Source: Lama guanicoe
Taxonomy: Eukaryota
NCBI GenBank assembly: GCA_013239625.1
Contig: MU054001.1
Span: 1,367,884-1,431,883 of the forward strand
Direction of reading: 5' to 3'
Length of the DNA: 64,000 nt
Positions 37,201 through 48,415 of the stretch are shown here, piece after piece. The first letter of the stretch is position 1. Each line of letters opens with the position of its first letter. The notes under the pieces are model-generated. The model made no database searches. It saw only the letters and a list, made by a program, of their open reading frames with translations, and was not told the origin of the DNA. The translations under genes were made by a program, and so were the position numbers.

Positions 37201-39015
37201 TCAATAATACAAGCTCCCATCTTCAGAAATTAGAAAAAGTATAGCAAATTTTTTAATTTAAAGGAAGCAGAATTTTAAAAATAATAAAAATTTAGGCATA
37301 AATTTAAAAAATCAAAAATAGGAAATCAATAGAGAAAATCATTGAAACAAAGCTGGTTCTTTGAAAAGATTAATAAAGTCAACAAGTCTCTAAGCAAGCT
37401 AAGAAAAAGAAAAAAAAAGAGAACACACAAAGGCTAATACAAGGAACAAAAAAGAAGACATCACTACAGAACCTATGAATGTTAAGGAGATAATAAAGTA
37501 ATACTGTGAACAGCTCTCTGCCCACAAATTGATAAACTAGATGAAATGGAGCAATTCCTTGAAAGATACAATCTGCCAAAACTCACACAAATAGAAATAG
37601 ACAAACTGAATAGGCCTATATCTACTACAGTAATTGAATCAATAATTAATAGCCTTTCAAAATAGAGAGCTCCAGAAATGAATCTGGACAGACCTTACAG
37701 TTTTCATAAAAATCAACTCAAAATAGATCATAGATCTAAATGTAAAATGTGTATGTATAAAACTCATAGACAATAACATAGGAGGAAATCTGGATGACCT
37801 TGGGTGTGGTTATGACTCTTTACGTGCCACCAAAAGCACAATCCATGAAAGAAAGAACAGATACACAGGACTTCATAAAAATTAAAAACTGTTCTGTGAA
37901 AAGCACTATCAAGAGAATAAAAAGACAAGCCTCAGACTGGGACAAAATATTTGCAAAAGACATGCTCAGTAAAAGATCTATCTAAAATATACAAAGATCC
38001 CTTAAAACTCAACAATAAGAAAACAAAACAACTGTATTAAAAAAATGAGCAAAAGATCTGAACAGATAGCTCACCAAAGAAGATATACAAATTGCAATAA
38101 GCATATGAAAAGACGCTTCACTACATTTGTCATGGAATTGCAAATTAAAACAAATAGCCACTATACACCTATGAGAATAGCCAAAATCCAGAACACTGAC
38201 ATCACCAAATATTAGTGAGGATATGAAGCAACAGGAACTCACAATCATTGCTGATGGGATTGCAAAATGGTACAGTCACTTTGGAAGACAGTCTGGCAGT
38301 TTTTTACAAAACTAAACCCACTCTTACTCCCAGACCCAGTAACTGCACTGCATGATATTCACCCAAATGAGATGAAAACATGCCCATACAAAAAAACCTG
38401 AAAATGGATGTTTATAGCAGCTTTATTCATAATTGTCAAAACTTGGAAGCAACTAAAGTGTCATTCAGTAGGTGAGTGGATAAACTGTGGCACATTTAGA
38501 TAATGGAATATTATTCAGCACTAAAAAGAGAAACACTATGAAGCCATGAAAAGACATGAGGAAACTTACAAATAACTACTGTTAAGTGACAGAAGCTAAT
38601 CTGAAATGGTTACATACTGTATGATTTCAACTCTAGAACATTCTGGAAAAGGCAAAACTATAGAGACAGTAAAAAGTTGTCAGGAGTTGAGGTGGGAGGA
38701 AAGGACAAATAGGAGAATTACACAGGATTTTTAGGGCAGTGAAACTTTTCTGTATGATACTATAATGCTGGACCATGTCATAATACGTTTTTTTAAAAAA
38801 TCTATAAAATATACAATACCAAGAATGAACTCCAATGTAAAATATGGACGTTAGGTGACAATGTAGGTTAACTGACCATAACAAATGTACCACTGTGGTA
38901 CAGGATGTTGATAGTGGGAAAGGCTATGTATGTTTGGGGGCATGGCTATATGGGAACTCTAAACCTGTCACTCAATTGTGCTGTGAACCTACAACTGCTC
39001 TAAAAAAATAAACTT
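34300..39015 (+). mobile_element. Large degenerate L1 (L1MC-like): 5' region, ORF1 remnant, ORF2 endonuclease, C-terminus and 3'UTR
   Basis: Endonuclease-like sequence from about 35510 (actttaaatgccaatggcctaaatacaccaattaaaagacagag); 3' end ...gctgtgaacctacaactgctctaaaaaaataaa typical of L1MC; 5' boundary approximate. Confidence 0.88.
36097..36863 (-). mobile_element. Young 5'-truncated L1 inserted into the older L1
   Basis: Perfect 18-bp TSD aaaatagaccacattctt at 36079-36096 and 36864-36881; T tract at the left end; minus frame reads [18 protein letters not shown]...[22 protein letters not shown] (ORF2 CCHC region). Confidence 0.95.
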
Positions 39016-39184
39016 TTTTTTTTTAAATTATCAACTGAAAAGTCTTTGGAAAATTCTTTAAGAATGCCTGGTTCATCATCTTGAGACTCATAATATACAC
39101 AGATATATACTATAGGAAGAAATTCCCCCAGAGTTCTCCGGGCAGAGGAAAACCCTTATTTGCATTACTTCATTTAATACTTGG

Positions 39185-39935
39185 GTTAGCAACTATTATG
39201 TGATGAGTACTATTCCAGATCCAGTGAACAAAACAAACTCCCGGCTCTCATGGAGGTTACATAATGCTAGAAAAGACAGATAATAAGCAAGAAATTCAGA
39301 TGCGAAGTGCCCTGGAGAGAATAAAGATAATTTAATGAGTTTAAGAATTAGTGGGGGTCCAGGGAAACAGTGCACTACTTGGTATGGAACCTTCACTGGT
39401 GACATTTAAGCCAAGATGAGATCTGAATAATGAGAAGCCTACAATGCCAAGGTCTGGGATGAGAGAATTCCAGGCAGAGGAAAGGGCAAGGGCCAGGGCA
39501 CTTAGTGGGCATGAGCTTGCTAGACAGTGAGGAAGAAGACCGGCCAGGGAGACTGCAGACCAGTGAGCACGGTGGAGGCGGGGTGGGGCCTGGAACGGAT
39601 TAAGGAGGTCTCTGTTGGTCATGGTAAGAATTGGGGGTTTTATTCTCAACACAATGGGAAATCTTTAGAAAATTTTAAGCAGAGAGGGAAAAAAAGGTAG
39701 AGGGGATCTAAGTTGGAATAAACCACTCTGGTGGCTTTCTAGAAAAAAGAGAAGACTAAAAAAGGGAACAAGATTTGAAGCAGTCAGGAAACTGCTGCAG
39801 CCTTCCATGCAGGAGTTGACCGTGACTTGGTCACAGCAGAGGAGACGGTGAGCAGTGATCAGATTCAGCAGTTTTCGAGGAAAATAATAGGACCTGCTAA
39901 TGGACTGGGGAAGCAGAGTGATACAGTGAAATTAA
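39185..39935 (-). mobile_element. LINE-2 remnant
   Basis: cagtgaacaaaacaaactcccggctctcatggaggttaca...ggtgacatttaagccaagatg...gaattccaggcagaggaaa. Confidence 0.75.
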
Positions 39936-41092
39936 GAACAATTTTTCACAGGAGCAACAACAAACTGAAGATGAGTAAGTCACAGACCAACAGGACACTA
40001 TATGAACAATAGCAGAAAACACAATGAAAGGTGAGGAGAAAATGGCAGGGGTACATTTGGAGCATTAACGGCAAATACGAAGACAATAAGGAAAGCTAAC
40101 ACAGAGGAAGAAGTTAGACCCGGCCTCTGCTGACTTGGGTTTAGGAGTGTGGCTTTAGGCCTGAAGAAGACCGCACGTCCATTCTCTCTTCCACTTTGCC
40201 GTCTCTGAGAACTCTGGTTAAGGACCACATCTGAGGATTTCTAGTCGATCTGAACTATTTTGCCCAAAGGGGGACTTAAAGCCAAACTAACAAACAACAA
40301 CAAAAAAAAAATGCAGAGGTTGGAGGAGTTTGCCCAGGCCAGACTCCCATAAAGGGTTGAAATCATTTCTAAGAAACATGTAGATACCATTCTCATCTAC
40401 CCAAACGAAAGCCTTACTACTCCTAGGCTATTATTAATAAGGATCTACAAATATTATAAGGAAGAAAAAAAATCATCTTCATGAACATATTTGCTAAGTG
40501 CTTTTGTTCCAGCGAGGGGCAACCAATCTAAGGCAGGCCAAGTGACAAACAACATTAGAAGTAAATGCTCTGGGGCTGGTACCTTCATTGAAATCCTTGG
40601 CAACTCTCTAATCAAACAACTGTTTTGAAATTGCTCCCAATTGTCTCTAATCCTTCATGACTTTTAGAAAGAACCCTGTAATTTTCATTGAAGAGCTTCT
40701 AATTTATCTAAAACTCTACATCTGTAAAAGTGGCTCAAGCTTCATGGACTGTACATCTCAAAGGATATTCTAAAGACATTCCTAGCTTGAAAGACTAATA
40801 CTGAAAAAAAAAAAGACTAATACTAATAATTTTTAAAAGAAAGCATTTTAAAGAATATCCCTTTGCCAGAGCTATCTCAGAAAACAGCTAAAAATTGACC
40901 GACTCTGTATTCAGGTGGAAATCAGAGTTTGTAGAATTTATTCAACAAAACAAATGGAAAAGAAGCTCTCACTCTTCACAGGCTAAATGCTGCGTGCTCT
41001 ATCAGTGGGTGAAGAGAACTCTAGACACTCACTGTAGCATGAAATCTCATCTCATATATAAGAGACCACAAATACAAAGGCATAATTTACGC

Positions 41093-41203
41093 TAGGATGA
41101 CTAAATTCATGCCCAGGACTTTCCTGGTTTTAACACTGAAGTCCCAAATCCTGAGATCCCCACCCCCACCACCCCAGACAAACTGGGACAGCTGGTCACC
41201 CTA
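41093..41203. mobile_element. MER81-like hAT-Blackjack MITE
   Basis: taggatgac...gcccaggactttcctggttttaacactgaagtccc...caaactgggacagctggtcacccta with imperfect terminal inverted repeats. Confidence 0.75.
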
Positions 41204-41499
41204 AATTTAACCCAGCCCTTCTTTCCTTGGTTTTGTTGTCCAGTGTGTCACCAGGGCTATTGCATCCCAAATTTCTTAAAGTAACAATCAGGAGCTTTCC
41301 TAAAGGCACTCCTGAGCTAAATGAGCCCAATACTGAAATCCAATCTTCCCACTTTCACACAATCACTGAAGCTTTTCATTCTTACTCACCTGTCCGTTCT
41401 CATCCCTCAATCTTAATATTTATGACCTTATTTTTCTTAGATGTGGGGACATCCATGACTGAGAACATTTTCAGAATTTAATAGCCAATGAAAGGGGGA

Positions 41500-44225
41500 G
41501 GGGAGGCTTCCTGGCAAGATGAACAGTAGAGACCCCAGCCTCCACAGACCCCTTCCTAGATTTCCAAAGAGATGATCGACGGAATATTAAGAGATCAGGA
41601 CTTCTTTCAGTGCAAGTATTAGGGAAATGTGCTCAATATGCCAGGCATCATGAGGAACTGTGTTAGATACAGTGTAAGTGGGGTAAGATTATGGAAGGGC
41701 AGCATCCTGATCAATATATCAAGCAGATCTTCAGAGAAGCACTCACTCTCTAGCTCAGAAGGTGAAGAGCAGGCGGGGCAGGAAAGGCTAAGGGGCACCC
41801 AGAGGGCAGGCTTCTCATGTCTGCAGGGCAGCCTTAAGTGCACACAACCTGTGGGACCCACAGACCCCAGCCGTGTTACAGGCACAAGCACCACTTTGAG
41901 AAGAGAACCAGGCATTGCTGAGGGTGGAAACTGGATCAAGCAGGTACGCCAGTGACGGGCCGTCTAGCTGCCACGGTTTGCTTGTACTGCAAGCATCTAC
42001 ACCACCTAAGACAAAAACGAGTTACTCAGTACACGCCAGTCTACCAAGTCTGCCATCTGGCCATACACATTTTCTCCGTTCCTCTTTCAAGTGAATCTAT
42101 ACTAAGCTTTCACAGAAGCAATCTTAATACCTACCTGCCAGCCAGTGCCAGTCCTTTCTAGAATGAAACACAGACAGGAAAAGCAGGACAAATCACCAGG
42201 CTCGTGCAAAAGACTACATTTCTAAGGGAAGGAACCAGTTCAACTGAAACTGTCTCTTCCGAAAAAGTGTTACTCAAACTGACAGGCAAAAATGGTTATA
42301 AAGTTCTCAATATTTCAAGAAGCTGCTTCACTCAAGAAGGCACTGCATCCGTGAGAACGGGGAAGGCAATCATGAGGATGGAACAGGATGATATCATGAA
42401 AGGCCGCTTGGAGGTGATTTTTTTAAAACAGGTATTGCTTCATTTGAAATGATAACAGATGGAGGGAACAATAGAATGCGCGCTGCAGAAAAATGGCATT
42501 ACTGAGGTGGATGAGAAGTCAAGAAATTCCCCCAGAACTCAGAGGGAAAACAAAATTACTGACAGAAAAAATAAGACATGAGGGGCAGAGACTGGAAGCT
42601 TACATAACAGATATAAGCTTATATAACAGATATCAAGAATCTTAGAAACAGATATAACAGGAATCTTAGAAAGAAAGCAGAAAGCAGAGATGACAGAACA
42701 AAGAAATAACAGAAGAATATTTTCCAAAGTTGTGAAAAGGCCTGAGTCTGTATTACAAAATGGTCAACCAAGTACATAAACAAATTCTGTTCAAAAATTA
42801 AATACAAAATACGACAAATGTCCAAAGCAAAAACACAATTTACTACAATAGAACCAAAATGAAGATGGTCTCAAACATTTCCCTAACATCAAACATCAGA
42901 GGTCAAGGGACCCATCTGTATAGTTTTAAGGTGGAGAGCTTGTTACTCAAGAATCCTACAGCCATTCAAGGAGATATTGATATGTGAAGGCATAGAAAGT
43001 CATTCTCAAATAATGCAAAGACTCAGAGAACTATGCTACCACCATTCCCCTAACTTTAGCTGACCAAGACAGTGATTAAATTAAATTAAAATCATGATAT
43101 AAAAAAGACTAGCAGTGAATGTAAAAGTAGTTAAATAATTTCAAATAGGCTTATTTCATTTAATGCAAATATAAAAATACTATCTGAAAGGAGAGATGCT
43201 TCACCTAAAAAAATTTCTATATAGAAAATCTAAGAGTACATTAAAAAAAAATACCTGGCAACTAGGCAGAAGGATTGAACAAGGTAAATGTCAAGAAAAA
43301 CACTCACACATCAACAGAAAAATGGGTAAAAGATGACCAGTCAATGAACAGTAATTGGAAGAAGCATACAAATGGCCAAGAAACATGGAAAGTGCTCAGT
43401 CTCCTCCGTAAAGAAATGCAATTTAAAATAGCATGTTATTTTCACTCATTAAACTGGCAAAAATATTTTAAATTGTAATGCCCAGTACTGCATAGGGTGA
43501 GATAAAGTAGGCTGGTGGAAGTAACCACATTTCATACACTGTAGGTGGGAATGTAAATTGAAAACAATCTTTCTGATTAACAGTCTGACAATATGATACG
43601 TACAGTTTTCAAATACTGACATGCTCATCCCTTATCCATGTATTCCACGTCTAGTAATTTTTCCTACAGAAATAATCAGAGATGAGACAAAGATGTATGT
43701 ACAACAATGTTCACTGCAGGGATGCATGTGATATCAAAACACTGGAAATGAATTACATGACAAAAGTAGGGGATTCTTATTTAAGCTGTTTTTTAAAATC
43801 ACATTTTCAAGAAATATTTCATAAGGAACAATGTTCAAGATATAAAGGTATTAGGGAAAAAATATGACACAAAACATTATTATCTAACATGATATGAATT
43901 TTCTAAAAAAGACAAAATAAACATGTATTTTCAAGTAGAGAAAAACCATGAGAGAAAGACCAAATAGTTATGAATGATATTATCTCTGTGTGGTGATATG
44001 AAGATGTGTTTTTTAAAATTATTTACTGTTTTTGCTTGAGGGGTGGGTAATTAGGTTTATTTATTTATTTTTTTTAGTGGGGGTACTGGGACTGAACCCA
44101 GGACCCTCAAGCATGCTAAGCATGTGTTCTACCACTGAGCTACACCCGCTCCCTCATGATGTATTTTTGTTATTCAATTTATACTTTCCTATAGCTTGTA
44201 AATTCTCTACAATGAGCATGAGTTC
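41500..44225 (+). mobile_element. Very old fragmented L1 (L1ME-like)
   Basis: A-rich plus strand; ORF1-like (42440-43030) and ORF2/3'UTR-like (43300-44220) remnants such as catacactgtaggtgggaatgtaaattg; ends approximate. Confidence 0.6.
44014..44154 (-). mobile_element. vic-1-like SINE
   Basis: gtaattaggtttatttatt...gtactgggactgaacccaggaccctcaagcatgctaagcatgtgttctaccactgagctacaccc; flanking gatgt(g/a)ttttt direct repeat. Confidence 0.85.
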
Positions 44226-47200
44226 TAAGGTATACATTTTTTTCTTCATATTTAACATCTCTGAAATTGGCATACATCTTAAAATTGATAGCCTCTTTGA
44301 CTAGATGATATATATTATTACTTTTGTACTTAGCAATAAAAAATAAAACAATAAGTATGATTATTTTTAAAAGACTCATAGGGAAATGTTCAATGAAGAG
44401 GTCCTCAGAAAAGAGGGGTTCATCCCCCAAATAAAAATGGTGGAACCCTGCAATCAGTGAAGGCGAGAAGAGCTTTGGTTAGTTTCATAAATCTTCCCCA
44501 ACACAATTTTCCATGGAGACTGAAAACTCTTTCATAAAAACAAGTACAGAGGTAAAGGTGACCTCAGGGTACACACCTTTCTCCCTCTTTTTTTTAAATT
44601 AACTTTTATGGAATGCTTGGTTTGCTGTTGGGCTGTGAAGAGAATAGATTCTTGAGGTTAATAATTCCTTTTTGCTTTCTAAATAGGCAAAAGGAACTTT
44701 AATCCCACTTTGGTCAGGGCTGCCTTTACTCTTCCAAGTTGCAACTCTTCTCAAAAGGCTGGAGGGCAGAAGGAATTGCAGAAATGGAGAGATGAGAAGG
44801 GACAGAGGTTAGGTCAACAGAAAACTTGAATTAAGTAGTTTTCTTCTTTTCCCCCTTTGGATACACAGAGCCATGACATCTGCCCACTGGTCCAGTGAAC
44901 TGTGGGGACCAGAACATCCCAAATAAAGTTAATGAATGAAACAGAAGCAGCCACTTAAACCTCTAAGTTCTGCTCCTTCATATACCTTCCGACTTCCCTT
45001 TTTATTCGCTGCTATCTTACATACCGTTTTCCATTGGCAATGGAGGAAGATGGCTATGGTTTCTGGCTAATACCTAGGGAGAAAAAAGGCTGTTCTCTCT
45101 AGATACTTGGCTAAGTCTCTATCATGTCTAAGGCAGTAAGTGCTGTGTGTACAAGGATACGTATAATACTGGCCCTGAAAAAGTTTAGCTCTAGTCCGGA
45201 GGTGAAGGACAGTCACAGCATCCACACTGTTTGGTCGGTGGCCCTGCCACTATAGGTATTAAATTTTTTTAAGGTCACTCCTAAGTAGGTGAATTATACC
45301 TGTATCTAGATGAAGGGAAAAACATGACAAGGTGGAGGGAACGGTACGAACAAATATAAGGAGAAAGGTTTGTGCAAGGACCAATTTTAAGGCAGATTTT
45401 GAGGACAAAGCCACTATAATGAATTGCCCAAGGACTATAATTTATATCTTTTAAAATTTTTTAAATGTTTATTGGGCCTAGAAGAACTAGCCAGCAGAAA
45501 GAGTTTAGTGAATCTTCTTTCATCATGGGGTATACAGTCTGGCCTTGAAATCTGATGTAGGACTGGCTGATTTAGGGGAGTCAAGCTCATTCCTGGTCCA
45601 GTCCTGAGCTCGCTCAGTCAACAAAAATCAATTAAAAAATAACTAAAATTTGAAAGGCTTCATTCATGGTCATTCTTCCACTGTCTTTACAGAAGTGGCA
45701 AAGAACACACACAGGATACACAATCAAATTAAAAGCCTGAAAAATTCCTTTCCATAGCTCTTGCTTTTAGGAGTTATGTTACAGAGACAGACAGTCAAAG
45801 AGGGCATATTAAGACTGCCAGCGAAAGGGGAAAATTCCACTCACCCAACCCAGATGTAGAATTACCTCAATACAGTATGACTGACTGAATGAAACACGGG
45901 AGAATAAAAGGACCTCACAATTCATAACAACACATCCATCCTCAGCTTAACAAAAAACAAAAACAAAAAAAATACATTTTTTATGGTCTTATCAAAAATT
46001 TGGCAGAGAAAGTACAGATTGATCCAGACACTGTGTCATTTTGGAAAATTCCATGATGTCACATTATTGGGACTAGATATGAGGAAGTAAAGCATGGGTC
46101 ACTGAAGGAACAGAATGCTATGGAAGATTCTAAAAGCTGCCCCTGGAGATCCCAGAACATTAGGTAAATGGCCATCTGTTTTGAGGAGGGACTTCAAAAC
46201 CTGGCTTCAAAACCTTTTCCAGCCAAGAGCTTTCAGGGATAGAATAAATATTTCCTTTTGCCTATATGGCCAAGACATAGTGCCATGAAATGGGGTGGGG
46301 AGGGGGAGGGAGCCAATCCTTGGTACGTTCACTCACTCATTGATTCAATAATTATTTTTTAAAGGGCCTACCATGTTCAAAGTACTATGTTAGGTAGTGT
46401 AGAGGTTACACGTTTTTAGGGATCTAAAATATAGTAGGTAGAAGGCATTTTCAGAAAGTTCCAGAAACAACAAAGCCACAGACCCATGTAAAAATGCAAT
46501 TTGCAAAGGAGTGCAAATGAGAAGAAATCTCAGTATGATAACTGAGCCAGGTGGGTTTGCAGAAGCCAGTATTTATCAAAACATTAAATAAGTAGTAGGA
46601 CAAAACACCTAGTGACATAGAGCTATCACTTTAGCGTGGGTCTTCTATCAGTAAGAACAAAGAAAGGCAATTATGAATTCCAGGGGGAGAGCGAGGGCTA
46701 CACAAGAAAGTCATGGTTCAAATACAAAGCTAGCTAAATAATGTAGCACAATTCTGAGAGTCTGATGAGGTATAAAATCTTGACCTGACATTTACAATAC
46801 ACCCTTTCAACTGACGCCAGTTTAGTGATGACAGTGGATGACATCTTCTATTTACGAATTCAGTCACCCTGGTTCTACAATTAATAACAACTACATAAGC
46901 ACTGGTAGGTACTGGTTTTCAAATTTCAGAGTCAATATGCAAAGAAGGCACCGTCATCTCATCACAATTACAGGTCAGTATGTAAACGTTACAAGCTTCA
47001 AAAATGTGAAAGTAATGATATGGCTGAAATACTGGAAGTTAAGAGAGAGCATCTATATATTGGTATAAAAGTAACCAATTAAGAGAAAAAAACTAAAAGT
47101 AGATGTTAACCAACAAAAAAAGTAAGCGAGAGTGAGAGAGAGCATAAGACAGCCGATTCCACCTTTTTCTTTGTGAGAAAATTGATAGTGCTTCAAGTTG

Positions 47201-48020
47201 TTGGATGAAAATACAGAAGTATTAAGAGTTTTTAAGAAAAATGAGTTTTTAAGGGCTTTTAAGAAGTGTTTAAGAGTTAAGAAGGAGACAATCACTTAAA
47301 GAATAAAATATAAATACAGTGAAAAGTAGTTATTTCTAAGAAATGGAATTTGGGAGGAAGTGTAAAAATGTTTTTCACTTTCCATTTCAGATCAGCCTCA
47401 ACTGTTTGAATTTTTATTTCCTAATACATACATTTTGATTTGGTACATATTTTATTATAGCTACAATTTTATTATTTAGTACATTTTTATTATAATACTA
47501 ACAATAATATAAATGAGGTACTGATAGGAAAAGATATCCAGAACATATTAAGTTTTAAAAAAGCAAGTACTATAATAATATATATAAGAAAGTTCCCCCC
47601 GAACAGCCAAAGCAAAAAAAAAAAGTTCCATTTGTGTTTTTTAAAAAAGCAGAAGCAACATACATGTTAATATATTAATTATATTAATTAACATATATGC
47701 TAATATGTTGACATAATTATATTTATGTTAATGCTCACAAAACTACCTGATAGAGGAAGGTAAAAAGTACTTCCGCATTTTATTCTACATAGTTCCACAT
47801 TGTCTGAATCCTTTACAATGGGAATATATGTGTATTCATCTATTAATTGTTCAATTAATATTTTTTCCACATTTTTAAAGGAAAAGGATTTCATGACTAC
47901 ATCATTAGTAGAGACGGCATAGTTCAGTAAGAAAAAGAATAGCTTTGGTCTGAGAAAAACCTGGATTTAAACACAAGCTTCATTAGGGATGCCACCGTGA
48001 ACAAGTTATTTTACATCTCT

Positions 48021-48210
48021 TTTTTAAAATTTTTATTTATTTACTTTTTGTTTGTTTTTAATTTTTTTAAATTTATTTTTAATGACTTGGGGGGGAGATA
48101 ATTAGGGTTATTTATTCAGTTATTTATTTTAATGGTGATACTGGGGATTACACCCAAGACCTCGTGCATGCTAAGCGCACACTCTACAACTGAGCTACAC
48201 CCTCCCCGCC
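48021..48210 (-). mobile_element. vic-1-like SINE
   Basis: Perfect 13-bp TSD attttacatctct at 48008-48020 and 48211-48223; tRNA-like head gggtgtagctcagttgtagagtgtgcgcttagcatgcacgaggtcttggg. Confidence 0.9.
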
Positions 48211-48239
48211 ATTTTACATCTCTGAGCCTCAATTTCCTT

Positions 48240-48415
48240 TTTTAAAAAGAACTTTATTGAGATATAATTCACATACCAAACAATTCACAGAAAGTATACA
48301 ACTCACTGTGTTTTAGTATGGCCACAGGATTGTGCAACCATCACCACAAACTGATTTCAGAGTCTTTCCATATCCCTAAAAGACACCATGTAGCCATGAG
48401 CAGTCAATCCCCATC
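48240..48415 (-). mobile_element. L1MB-like 3' terminal fragment
   Basis: actttattgagatataattcacatacc...ttgtgcaaccatcaccaca; flanked by caatttcctttt / caattttctttt. Confidence 0.8.

Noticed and set aside
47659..47699. AT-rich imperfect palindrome
   Set aside because: Low complexity inside an old L1-like tail; expected by chance.
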